Source: a virus (taxonomy: Duplodnaviria > Heunggongvirae > Uroviricota > Caudoviricetes). From it: DNA of 64,000 bases. The notes below the pieces were generated by a model, which was not told where the DNA came from, made no database searches, and worked only from the letters and a program-made list of their open reading frames with translations. The position numbers and the translations under genes were made by a program. The stretch lies in the IMG/VR virus record IMGVR_UViG_3300036770_002544, positions 10,654 to 74,653 of that record. The stretch is one strand, 5' to 3'. Shown piece by piece: positions 1 to 8,088 of the stretch (positions are counted from its first letter, which is position 1; every line of letters begins with the position of its first letter).

Positions 1-8
1 TGACACAC

Positions 9-1112
9 TTGCATCAAAATACACAAATTGTCAAAGGCTACGCCGAAACATGGACTTTGGAATTTACAAAACAGCAGTTGAGTAACAAAAATCAAGTTGC
101 TAGGCTAGAAATTGACAACCATACATATGATGATGTAGATTTTAAATCAAGTAAAATACACTGGGATAAAACTGATTTTATTAGTCCCAACGACTGGCTT
201 CCTTTAGAAGTAGCTCGTGGTTGTGCTTTTAGCTGTCATTACTGCGACTATCCTAGGCGTAGTAATTTTGACAGTTACAAGAACGCCGAAGCTCTCAAAC
301 AAGAACTTGTTCGCAATTACGAAGAGTTTGGCGTCACTCGATATCTCTTGGTTGACGACCTGTACAACGACAGTCGCGACAAAGTTCGTATACTTTACGA
401 TAAGGTATGGAGTCAACTGCCATTTAAACCCGAATGGGCCAGCTACATGCGCCTAGACATGTTCTGGGCAGACCCCGAAAGCATAGAAATCGTGCGTGAG
501 TCTGGCGCAAGGATCGGTAGTTTCGGCATCGAAACCTTGCACGATCGTGCGGGCAAAGGCGTGGGCAAAGGACTAGGTCGAGAACGAATCTTACAAACTT
601 TGACAAACCTAAAACAAAGTTGGGGAGACCAGGTCTTGGTTTGTGCAAATTTTATAGCAGGACTTCCGCTTGAGCCATTGGACAGCATAAAGGAAACCAT
701 GGCCTGGTGCCTAGAAACTGATTTGCTGTACAGTTATGCATGGAACCCAATGAACATCAGTAATAGCGCAAGGATTGAAATTGCTAGCGACAAAAAATAT
801 TTGCACAAAATCACGCAAAACAATCACAAATACGAAATAAAGTGGCTGACCCATGACAACTGGGTCAATTCTCAAGGAGTTACCTGGGAACAGGCAGATC
901 AGTTGGTCATGGACCACATGAGCAAGGTCCCTCATGGTATCAAAGTGAATTTTACTGACTATGTTGATTTACGAATGTCCGGGCTAGATCACAATGACAT
1001 CGTAGGCCTAAAATCAGGTGCTACACAACGAGTCAAACTGATTACCGCAGTTGATACAATTAGATCTCGAATTCGTTCTAGACTAGAATCGGTAGTGAAC
1101 ACTAAAATTTAG
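9..1112 (+). CDS. radical SAM domain protein (the 5' end may lie upstream of the window)
   Basis: Cx3Cx2C cluster motif CAFSCHYC near the N-terminus. Long ORF with coding-like composition. Confidence 0.6.
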   Translation: MHQNTQIVKGYAETWTLEFTKQQLSNKNQVARLEIDNHTYDDVDFKSSKIHWDKTDFISPNDWLPLEVARGCAFSCHYCDYPRRSNFDSYKNAEALKQELVRNYEEFGVTRYLLVDDLYNDSRDKVRILYDKVWSQLPFKPEWASYMRLDMFWADPESIEIVRESGARIGSFGIETLHDRAGKGVGKGLGRERILQTLTNLKQSWGDQVLVCANFIAGLPLEPLDSIKETMAWCLETDLLYSYAWNPMNISNSARIEIASDKKYLHKITQNNHKYEIKWLTHDNWVNSQGVTWEQADQLVMDHMSKVPHGIKVNFTDYVDLRMSGLDHNDIVGLKSGATQRVKLITAVDTIRSRIRSRLESVVNTKI

Positions 1113-1123
1113 TCAAAAAGTAG

Positions 1124-1152
1124 TTGACAATAAATTCATAGTTTGCTACAAT
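1124..1152 (+). promoter_or_regulatory. sigma70-type promoter (TTGACA-N17-TACAAT)
   Basis: ttgacaataaattcatagtttgctacaat. It precedes a roughly 800-nt ORF-poor, GC-richer stretch and the tRNA array. Confidence 0.45.
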
Positions 1153-1961
1153 AGATACATGTTAAGAAATTAACAAAACAGAAAAGTTGTTCGCTGTAAA
1201 GAAAACACTCGTGCTAGTCCTGAAAATTTGCGGTAATGATTATAATCCGCGAGCATGGACCTGCTAATCATTGTTCTTTAAAAATTTCGGCTAAGATTTT
1301 TTCTTAGCATTGTTGAGCATACTGACTTTGCTTAACCTCTATCTCAGTATACATGAGAATAAGTTAAGTAAGGCTCGTGAGACCAACGCTAGAGGATGGG
1401 AAGATTGTTACCTACCCCAAAAGCGTCTAAACAATCTGTGGTTCAGTGTGTTCAACAATGTTAAGATGTTAAGATTTTAAGGGCAGTTTATTGTCCTGTA
1501 GCGTATGGTTCGCCCAGCGTTACGAAGAATAAGTCGAGTGATCGACCCAAAGGAGGTAAGCCTACGCAACTCCGCCAGCAATGGTTCGTGTAAACAAGCC
1601 TGCTCACTGCCGCGAGGCAGCGTTCACTGATAAGACCGGTGGATGTATATGTGAAGCAAGTGTAGTGGAAAGAATGTCTGCTCAAGCGCCAGCAATGGTA
1701 ACGCAAGTGGATAGAGAGAAACAGGTGGTGCTGTCCTCACTACAAAACCAACTTGTCAGCAAGTATGAGAAAGGGTAGTGTTATGATCCGAGGAGTCGCT
1801 CCCAAGGGTTGTAGTGCATTGTTAGTGGTTAGTGGGTATAGCAATATACACACCGGTCGCAAAACAACACTGAGTAGTCCGCGAGACAAAAGGTATTTGG
1901 TGAGTTGTATTGGGTAGAGCAAAACTTTATTCAGCAACTGAGTCAGCTCATCAAGGTAGGT

Positions 1962-2034
1962 TCAGTTATAGCACAATTGGTAGTGCATCTCCCTGTTAAG
2001 GAGACGGCTGAAGGTTCAACTCCTTCTAACGTTT
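1962..2034 (+). tRNA. tRNA-Asn(GTT)-like, weak acceptor stem (possible pseudo-tRNA)
   Basis: D-arm gcac/gtgc. Anticodon arm ctcc-CTGTTAA-ggag. T-arm gaagg-TTCAACT-ccttc. The acceptor halves do not pair well. Confidence 0.45.
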
Positions 2035-2453
2035 AAAAAGCAAAGACTGACTCGGTTATCAGTGAAAAGCATCTAATGCTTGACACGCAAGTGAATCAAG
2101 TCCATCGTAGCTCGCAAGGCGAAAGTGGTTTGTACTAGAAGTTTCGTAAGGTGTTAGCGCACTTGAATGGCTCGCAAGGTCAACGGAGAAGAAGGTACAG
2201 AGTAACTGGTAACGACAAGCCTACTGCCTGGCTTTAAAAACGGCGATGCTGACAACAGACAGTGATACCGCAAGGGTTGCTGTGGATGTCGAGAGAAGGT
2301 ATGCTCGCAAGGTGTACTATAATGCTCGAGGTGTTGTTGGCTTAAGGTGTAATCTCAACCTTAGGCACTATTATAAAACACATTACTAAGAGTCCAGGTT
2401 CAGAGCGTGGCATAGTGTGTTTCATAATAGTTATAAATAACTGTAACAAATTG

Positions 2454-2530
2454 ACGCGGTGTGTTAGAAGTGGTATCTGGCCAGGCTCATAACCTGGAGA
2501 TCGGAGGTTCGAATCCTTCCACCGCAACCA
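2454..2530 (+). tRNA. tRNA-Met/Ile2 (CAT)
   Basis: Anticodon arm ccagg-CTCATAA-cctgg. T-arm ggagg-TTCGAAT-ccttc. 3' end caccgca-a-CCA. Confidence 0.6.
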
Positions 2531-2577
2531 AATTCTGGCGTGTTGTATAAATACAACACTTGAAAAACAAATCGTGG

Positions 2578-2606
2578 TTGACACGAGAAGGTAAATAAAG
2601 TACAAT
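2578..2606 (+). promoter_or_regulatory. sigma70-type promoter (TTGACA-N17-TACAAT)
   Basis: ttgacacgagaaggtaaataaagtacaat. The roughly 185-nt unit it drives ends at the hairpin terminator at 2769-2797. Confidence 0.5.
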
Positions 2607-2768
2607 AGGACTTATGATGAAACACACAAAACATTCACAGTTGAACTCTACAATGTGCCAAGCGCAAGCCTGGTCACGTGGGTTTACGATTGTGAATAGT
2701 ATTCCCGGTAGTCAAGGGTCCGTTGGAGACAAAGTGTAACCTAAAAGTACACTAAGAATCTAAAAGGA

Positions 2769-2797
2769 CCCTGGAACTAAAAACTCCAGGGTTTTTC
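2769..2797 (+). terminator. rho-independent terminator
   Basis: ccctgga-actaaaaac-tccaggg followed by ttttt. Confidence 0.7.
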
Positions 2798-2983
2798 ATT
2801 TTAGTGCAAGGCAACGCGAGCCTGTATCACTTTAAACTACAAATGGGCGGCCTGTAGGATGAAGCACTTCTTGTAGTGTGAAAAATTACAGCGTATCGAA
2901 GCATTTTCAGGCCGCAAGGCAAGTGGGTTCATCCATGTAGAATGCTTCGATACACACATTGGAAACAGTGTGTTAAAAATTAT

Positions 2984-3058
2984 GGGCTGTAGGTGTTGTT
3001 GGGGGCACACGGGCTTTGCAAGCCTGGAGGAACGGTTCGATCCCGTTACGGTCCACCA
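2984..3058 (+). tRNA. tRNA-Ala(TGC)
   Basis: Acceptor gggctgt/acggtcc with G:U pairs. D-arm gtgt/acac. Anticodon loop TTTGCAA. T-arm aacgg-TTCGATC-ccgtt. CCA encoded. Confidence 0.7.
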
Positions 3059-3065
3059 TAATTGT

Positions 3066-3139
3066 ATCTCGCTGGTGTAATGGCAGCATAGCGGTCTCCA
3101 AAACCGTTGGTCGGGGTTCGAGTCCCTGGTGGGATGCCA
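3066..3139 (+). tRNA. tRNA-Trp(CCA)
   Basis: Acceptor atctcgc/gtgggat. Anticodon arm gcggt-CTCCAAA-accgt. T-arm cgggg-TTCGAGT-ccctg. Ends in gCCA. Confidence 0.65.
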
Positions 3140-3181
3140 AGTTTGGTTGTAGTCGCAGGTTCGAGTCCTGCCCGCTGGTCA
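3140..3181 (+). pseudogene. tRNA 3'-half fragment (T-arm plus acceptor remnant)
   Basis: gcagg-TTCGAGT-cctgc T-arm with no matching 5' half. It shares a cgctggt direct repeat with the preceding tRNA. Confidence 0.35.
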
Positions 3182-3193
3182 AGTTAAAAGCAG

Positions 3194-3216
3194 CCGCGGT
3201 AGTTTAGAGGTAAAAC
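3194..3216 (+). pseudogene. tRNA 5'-half fragment
   Basis: gccgcggtagtttagaggtaaaac resembles acceptor plus D-arm (compare the tRNA-Phe 5' end gccgcggtagctca). No downstream anticodon or T arms. Confidence 0.3.
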
Positions 3217-3233
3217 AACACCATTTTTATTGT

Positions 3234-3308
3234 AGGGGGTTCGCCAAGTGGTAAGGCATCTGATTTTGATTCAGACATCCGGTGGTTCGATCCCATCACC
3301 CTCTGCCA
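3234..3308 (+). tRNA. tRNA-Gln(TTG)
   Basis: Acceptor agggggt/accctct. D-arm gcc-aagtggtaa-ggc. Anticodon arm tctga-TTTTGAT-tcaga. T-arm ggtgg-TTCGATC-ccatc. gCCA. Confidence 0.7.
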
Positions 3309-3315
3309 AAAATTT

Positions 3316-3340
3316 AGCCGTGTAGCTCAGAGGAAGAGCA
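3316..3340 (+). pseudogene. tRNA 5'-half fragment immediately upstream of the HNH gene
   Basis: gccgtgtagctcagaggaagagca equals acceptor plus D-arm. No anticodon or T arms follow. Confidence 0.35.
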
Positions 3341-3381
3341 AATCGTATGCAGAGCATAAATACATGTAAGGAGTGCTCTGT

Positions 3382-3762
3382 ATGAAAGCAGTATGTAAAA
3401 CATGCAAAAATGAATTTGTAGTTGGAAGAAGTTCTACCGGAAAGTATTGTTCGTTAACTTGTTCAAAAGTAGGACAATCAAACGACCGTAGGCAAAACTT
3501 TTTAGAAGGTAAAATGACTAGCCGTGCACTCATGAAAGTTCATATGACTGACATACACGGCTGGAAATGTATGTGTTGTAATAATACTGAGTGGAACAGT
3601 AAGCCTATACCACTCGAATTAGATCATATCGACGGTAATGCAGGAGATAATAGGCCACAAAATTTAAGATTACTGTGTCCAAATTGTCATGCGCAAACGC
3701 CAACACATAAAGCAAAAAATAAAGGAAACGGAAGAGGTAGTCGAGGTCTTCCGTGGTATTAA
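3382..3762 (+). CDS. HNH homing endonuclease
   Basis: HNH motif ELDHIDGNAGDNRPQNLRLLCPNCHA plus N-terminal Cys pairs. SD taaggag 9 nt upstream of the ATG. Confidence 0.8.
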   Translation: MKAVCKTCKNEFVVGRSSTGKYCSLTCSKVGQSNDRRQNFLEGKMTSRALMKVHMTDIHGWKCMCCNNTEWNSKPIPLELDHIDGNAGDNRPQNLRLLCPNCHAQTPTHKAKNKGNGRGSRGLPWY

Positions 3763-3763
3763 C

Positions 3764-3828
3764 ACCAGGTTAGCTCAGTGGTAGAGCAGCGGCTTGATAA
3801 GCCGTTGGTCGCAAGTTCAAATCTTGCA
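3764..3828 (+). tRNA. tRNA-Ile(GAT)
   Basis: Perfect acceptor accaggt/acctggt. D-arm gctc-agtggtag-agc. Anticodon arm gcggc-TTGATAA-gccgt. T-arm gcaag-TTCAAAT-cttgc. aCCA. Confidence 0.8.
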
Positions 3829-3834
3829 CCTGGT

Positions 3835-3930
3835 ACCAAACAATCCACTGTAGGCTTGGACGCCCGGAATGCATGCGCCGAAGAGACGGTTCGATTCCGT
3901 CCTTGGATAAACCAGGTTCGATCCCTGGAC
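3835..3930 (+). tRNA. atypical roughly 95-nt tRNA-like RNA with two T-arm-like hairpins (class II tRNA, composite or pseudo-tRNA)
   Basis: Perfect 7-bp acceptor ccactgt...acagtgg. Two hairpins gacgg-TTCGATT-ccgtc and ccagg-TTCGATC-cctgg. No clean anticodon arm was found by eye. Confidence 0.35.
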
Positions 3931-3943
3931 AGTGGGCCTTTTT

Positions 3944-4014
3944 ATTCCGCAGAATCCGAGCTAGGTGCACGGACTTGACTGTTAATCAATGATTAGCTGG
4001 GTTCGAACCCCAGA
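3944..4014 (+). tRNA. tRNA-Asn(GTT)-like, degenerate acceptor and D arms
   Basis: Anticodon hairpin ttga-CTGTTAA-tcaa. T-arm ctggg-TTCGAAC-cccag. 3' end atgcgga-g-CCA. The 5' acceptor pairs only 5 of 7. Confidence 0.4.
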
Positions 4015-4018
4015 TGCG

Positions 4019-4094
4019 GAGCCAAACATGGGGGCAGCAGAGGGCTGCGGTGATCCCTTGCAAGGATCATGACTACAAGGGTTCGATACCCTGG
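4019..4094 (+). tRNA. tRNA-Ala(TGC)-like second copy, imperfect acceptor
   Basis: Anticodon arm gatcc-CTTGCAA-ggatc. T-arm aggg-TTCGATA-ccct. Ends ggcctcc-a-CCA. Confidence 0.45.
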
Positions 4095-4123
4095 GCCTCC
4101 ACCAAATAAGCAGATGACGTTTC

Positions 4124-4131
4124 TGCTCTTT
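4124..4131 (+). promoter_or_regulatory. TATAAATA box (T4-type late-promoter-like)
   Basis: tataaata lies 29 nt upstream of the 4160 ATG. A second copy sits at 2432-2439 upstream of a tRNA. Confidence 0.3.
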
Positions 4132-4159
4132 TGTATAAATAAAACAAAGGAGATCGAGC

Positions 4160-4546
4160 ATGAACGTTAATCAAAAGGGCAACATAGGCTTGCTAAAAGT
4201 CATAGGAGACTTGTATAATAAAGGCTACACAGTGTTTAAGCCTTTTGACGATTACAATCCAGTTGACTGTATTGCGATGAACGCAGAAGGCAAGACATTT
4301 AGATTACAGGTGAAGTATCGCAGTCCCGATCGAGATGACTCGTACGAGATTTCTGCTTCATCTATGGTAAATGGTAAGAGAGCACAAATTAACCGCGGAC
4401 TCATTGATTATTGGGCTGTATACCTGTCAGATTTAGACCAGGTAGTGTACATGCCGATAAGTATGATGGAAGGTAAAAAAGTTCACTACATTACCAGAAA
4501 ACAATTAGGTGAGATGGATGAGAGGTTGAAATCGGCACCCTGCTAA
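4160..4546 (+). CDS. hypothetical protein (possible small PD-(D/E)xK-like nuclease)
   Basis: RBS aaggagatcgagcATG. The 3' end overlaps the 5' half of tRNA-Ser by about 38 nt. Confidence 0.5.
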   Translation: MNVNQKGNIGLLKVIGDLYNKGYTVFKPFDDYNPVDCIAMNAEGKTFRLQVKYRSPDRDDSYEISASSMVNGKRAQINRGLIDYWAVYLSDLDQVVYMPISMMEGKKVHYITRKQLGEMDERLKSAPC

Positions 4547-4599
4547 GGTGTTTTCTTAGGAAACTAGGGACGTGGGTTCGAATCCCACTCTCACCACCA
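4508..4599 (+). tRNA. tRNA-Ser(GCT), class II
   Basis: Acceptor ggtgaga/tctcacc. Anticodon arm gcacc-CTGCTAA-ggtgt. Long variable arm. T-arm gtggg-TTCGAAT-cccac. aCCA. Confidence 0.8.
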
Positions 4600-4629
4600 A
4601 TTCGAAGTCTAGCAAACTTCAAAGTTTTC

Positions 4630-4703
4630 GCCCCTGTAGTTAAATGGTAGAACATCGGTTTTGTAATCCGAGGACGGGAGTTCGATTCTCTCTAGGGGCA
4701 CCA
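4630..4703 (+). tRNA. tRNA-Thr(TGT)
   Basis: Acceptor gcccctg/taggggc. D-arm gtt-aaatggtag-aac. Anticodon loop TTTGTAA. T-arm gggag-TTCGATT-ctctc. aCCA. Confidence 0.7.
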
Positions 4704-4710
4704 AATTTAT

Positions 4711-4786
4711 TCCTCAGTAGCTCAGTTGGTAGAGTAGCGGACTGTTAATCCGTTGGTCGCTGGATCGTGCCCAGCCTGGGGAGCCA
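4711..4786 (+). tRNA. tRNA-Asn(GTT)
   Basis: Acceptor tcctcag/ctgggga. D-arm tagctcagttggtagagta. Anticodon arm gcgga-CTGTTAA-tccgt. T-arm gctgg-ATCGTGC-ccagc. gCCA. Confidence 0.85.
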
Positions 4787-4794
4787 AACAAAAT

Positions 4795-4870
<76 letters not shown>

Positions 4871-4876
4871 GGATCA

Positions 4877-5909
4877 GATGTATACTCTAGACTTTTGCGA
4901 AGTTTATATCACTAATGTATGCAATTTAAATTGCACTCATTGTAATCGTTTTAATAATTTTGCTTTTGCAGGACACTCGCGGTGGGAAGATTACCAGCAC
5001 GATTACCAGCAATGGGCAAAAAAAGTAAATTTTAACAGTATCAGTATCCTTGGTGGAGAACCGTTATCCAACCCTGATTTTTTAAATTGGATGCATGGTA
5101 TTGCCACCGTGTGGAACAGTGCAGAAATATCTATTCTCACCAATGGGACACAGTTAGATAGATGGCCCAGTTTGTACAAAGAAATAAAAAAATACAACGG
5201 TCGTGTCACTGTTGTTATAAGCGAACATAGTCCGCAGCACTGGCTTGATGCCATTGGCAATGTAAAAAATTTTTTGCAAGGAACAATAGAAAATCAGGAA
5301 CATAAAACTTGGAAACAGTCTTATGATTCGATCAAAGATTCGTCATGGCCCGACTGCAATACCCCTGATGATTTTTATACCTTGCCTGAGCACATTCAAA
5401 CCGAATGTCAAACAGTGTTTAACATACACCCAACAAACAATGAATTTTCAGCCACCAGCGAGCGTGTTCATTTTTACAAAGACTCTAACAATGTAAAAAT
5501 TCTACTAGAGCCAAGTTGGATGTTTAAACCTAATGCATTGATATACCAAAGCACAAATCAAATTGATTTATACAACAGTGATCCAGAAAAAGCAATAAAA
5601 GCATGCACCATGAAAAAATGTCCGCAGTTCAGTCGCGGCAAACTTTACAAGTGCCCGCCGGTGACTGTGCTAGGTGATTTCATACAGCAATTCTCAATCA
5701 ATGTGTCTGACGCTGATAAGCAACTGATAGATGCGTATAAGCCTGCGTCACACTGTTGGCCTGATGATCAACTTAAGAAATTTTTAGATGATTTAACAGA
5801 TTTAAAAACAATCCCACAATGCAAGTTTTGTCCAGAAGAACTTCCATTTATTAAGTTTTCAGCTGGGACTAAAAAAATCAAACTGTTAAAAAAACAAAAC
5901 TTATCATAA
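4877..5909 (+). CDS. radical SAM protein with C-terminal Cys-rich (SPASM/twitch-like) region
   Basis: CNLNCTHC Cx3Cx2C at residues about 15-22. Extra Cys pairs near the C-terminus (CTMKKCPQF, CKFCPE). The table ORF 4767 start runs through tRNAs; the true start is taken as ATG 4877. Confidence 0.7.
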
Positions 5910-5913
5910 AAAA

Positions 5914-5989
<76 letters not shown>

Positions 5990-6038
5990 AACAAGCCTAC
6001 ACTCAATCCTGCCGCGATGACAGTCCCTGGGCTTTTAC

Positions 6039-6117
6039 ACCACTTTAGCTCAGTTGGACTTAGAGCACTGTGCTACGAACGCAGGGGTCGGGAGTTCGAA
6101 TCTCTCAGGTGGTACCA
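6039..6117 (+). tRNA. tRNA-Arg(ACG)
   Basis: Acceptor accactt/aggtggt. D-arm gctc/gagc. Anticodon arm ctgtg-CTACGAA-cgcag. T-arm gggag-TTCGAAT-ctctc. aCCA. Confidence 0.85.
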
Positions 6118-6242
6118 TTTTGTAATACTTGTGTTTGCCAAAAAGGTAAACCAAAGTATACATTTTTCGGGGCTCGGACGTTTTACAGCGATTCTTTTCT
6201 GCAGAACGTACAAAGATCCACAAGCAAGTAAAACAACAGCAA

Positions 6243-6271
6243 TTGACTCAAAATGACATCTGTTGTATAAT
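6243..6271 (+). promoter_or_regulatory. sigma70-type promoter (TTGACT-N17-TATAAT)
   Basis: ttgactcaaaatgacatctgttgtataat, upstream of the tRNA-Lys pair. Confidence 0.5.
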
Positions 6272-6379
6272 ACATTTTTAATTAGGAACATTGACATGAA
6301 ACGTTCAGCGAAACGATAGTGTCGTCTCAGTACCCTGTATGGTCTGGGATGGCACGTAAAAGACAATTTTTACATCCAT

Positions 6380-6454
6380 CCCTTTGAGATGTTAAGGCAG
6401 CATGCCGGACTCTTAATCCGTGACGTGTGGGTTCGACTCCCACCAGAGGGACCA
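6380..6454 (+). tRNA. tRNA-Lys(CTT)
   Basis: Acceptor ccctttg/cagaggg with G:U pairs. Anticodon loop CTCTTAA. T-arm gtggg-TTCGACT-cccac. aCCA. Confidence 0.7.
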
Positions 6455-6458
6455 TATA

Positions 6459-6535
6459 GGGTTGATAGTTTAATGGCTAAAACATCCGGCTTTTAACCGG
6501 TAAGAGTCAGGGTTCGAATCCCTGTCGACCCACCA
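6459..6535 (+). tRNA. tRNA-Lys(TTT)
   Basis: Acceptor gggttga/tcgaccc. Anticodon arm ccgg-CTTTTAA-ccgg. T-arm caggg-TTCGAAT-ccctg. aCCA. Confidence 0.85.
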
Positions 6536-6668
6536 TATAAAAACATTTTTGACGGGCATCATCGCCAACGCATAGTCGCGGTGCTCTGTTCGGTGACCCT
6601 GGCAGGTTGCGAAAATCTATTGTGCCAGCAATAAGAGAATTATTGAAAATGTTTCTATATGGTATTAT

Positions 6669-6743
6669 GGAGTCGTTAGTTTAGTGGTAAAACCGCGGGT
6701 TGTGATTCCGCTATCACGGGTTCGATTCCCGTACTTCTCCCCA
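6669..6743 (+). tRNA. tRNA-His(GTG) with G-1
   Basis: Anticodon arm gcggg-TTGTGAT-tccgc. D-arm gtt-tagtggtaa-aac. T-arm acggg-TTCGATT-cccgt. 3' end acttctc-c-CCA with an extra 5' G. Two internal acceptor mismatches. Confidence 0.65.
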
Positions 6744-6744
6744 A

Positions 6745-6819
6745 GGTGATATGACGTAGACGGATGCGTAGCGGTTTCATAAGCCGACGAGGTTGGGTCG
6801 GTACCAACTATCACCACCA
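6745..6819 (+). tRNA. tRNA-Met(CAT)-like with non-canonical T-loop
   Basis: Perfect acceptor ggtgata/tatcacc. Anticodon loop TTCATAA. T-arm gttgg-GTCGGTA-ccaac lacks TTC. aCCA. Confidence 0.55.
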
Positions 6820-6820
6820 C

Positions 6821-6895
6821 CGGTCCTTATTTCAATGGATAGAATGCCATGCTTCGAACTTGGCGATGTGGGTTCGATTCCTGCAGGACCGGCCA
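6821..6895 (+). tRNA. tRNA-Arg(TCG), anticodon assignment tentative
   Basis: Perfect acceptor cggtcct/aggaccg. Anticodon loop CTTCGAA. T-arm gtggg-TTCGATT-cctgc. gCCA. Confidence 0.55.
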
Positions 6896-6938
6896 AATGA
6901 TTTGTTAGTGCTGTATATGAACGAATAAATATTTTTTT

Positions 6939-7703
6939 ATGACTATTACTAAATTCACTACTGCACAACAACAGCTTTTGAAATTTGTATTAACGTGTGT
7001 CTCTTCTGTGCTGGGTATCTATGTATACCTAATACTAGGCGGCACCTTACTCAAGGCATTTCTGATATATCTATGTTTTGTATTAGTATCTAGAGTTGCA
7101 AACCTAGGTTATCATAGATGGCTGGCACACAACTTGTTAGAACCTGATTTGTTTGGTAGAATTTTTATACTATGGTGTATGGTAAGTTCGGCGTTAGTGA
7201 AGCCTTTGCCCTATGTCATAGGTCATAGACTGCATCACAAATATTCAGACACTGATAAAGATCCTCATCATCCCGGACTAGGGTTATGGGCTTGCTTGAT
7301 AGGAAACTTTAATGTCGTTGAAAACTTAACAATACCAGTAAAAGATTTGTATAGAAAAAAAGAAGTAATGTTTGTCAATAGATATTACTATCAATTATAT
7401 CTTGCAAACTTGCTATTGTTTTGGTTCATTGACAAAGATATAGTGCTACTAAGTTTCTCACTGTTAAACTTGCGTATGTGGGTCAACATAACTGTGTTCA
7501 ACTATCTTGCACACGGAGGTAAGCACGGAAAATCTCCTAAAAATTTGCCAGCCTGGACTAGTTACGTGTTAGGATATTCGGGAGAACAGTTACACAAAAA
7601 TCATCATGATGATCCTTCGTCTAGCGATTTTGGTAAATTGTCAAGATGGAATTTTGATATCATGTACAAAGTGTACAGCAAAATAGTCAAAGTTAAAAAT
7701 TAA
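6939..7703 (+). CDS. membrane fatty-acid (acyl-lipid) desaturase, delta-9-like
   Basis: Three His boxes HRWLAH, HRLHH, HKNHH. Multiple hydrophobic segments. Confidence 0.8.
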   Translation: MTITKFTTAQQQLLKFVLTCVSSVLGIYVYLILGGTLLKAFLIYLCFVLVSRVANLGYHRWLAHNLLEPDLFGRIFILWCMVSSALVKPLPYVIGHRLHHKYSDTDKDPHHPGLGLWACLIGNFNVVENLTIPVKDLYRKKEVMFVNRYYYQLYLANLLLFWFIDKDIVLLSFSLLNLRMWVNITVFNYLAHGGKHGKSPKNLPAWTSYVLGYSGEQLHKNHHDDPSSSDFGKLSRWNFDIMYKVYSKIVKVKN

Positions 7704-7752
7704 CACTCGGTGATTTCTGTACTACTATTAATCATAGTGTAGGTTATCATCT

Positions 7753-7781
7753 AGTTGACAACAAAACAATCTGCTGTTATA
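7753..7781 (+). promoter_or_regulatory. sigma70-type promoter (TTGACA-N17-TATACT) with palindrome over the -10
   Basis: ttgacaacaaaacaatctgctgttatact. gctgt-tatacta-cagc inverted repeat. Upstream of tRNA-Val. Confidence 0.5.
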
Positions 7782-7818
7782 CTACAGCATGTTCTTTAAA
7801 AATTAAGTTTGATAGTTT

Positions 7819-7903
7819 GCCCCTGTAGCTCAGTGGTAGAGCATCGCTTCGACAAAGCGAGGGTCGGTGGATCGTTCCCACCCAGTGGTACCAGTGTTAT
7901 TTA
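7819..7903 (+). tRNA. tRNA-Val(GAC)
   Basis: D-arm gctc-agtggtag-agc. Anticodon arm tcgct-TCGACAA-agcga. T-arm ggtgg-ATCGTTC-ccacc. cagtggt-a-CCA. Confidence 0.75.
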
Positions 7904-8088
7904 CACTGAGAATCTATCCAGGCCAGTGCCGACATCATGTTGGTAAAATAGCGCATGGTAAGTTTTTCATCGTAAATATCATTGACAAAGATGTAACAAG
8001 CGTCAGCAGTGTCGTTAACTGATAGGTGTATATGCATGTATCCGTTGGCAACTATGAAGTCTCGTGTTTGCATATTTTTATTTATTTT

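Noticed and set aside
2342-2605. 87-aa minus-strand ORF
   Set aside because: It overlaps tRNA 2454-2530 and promoter 2578. No support.
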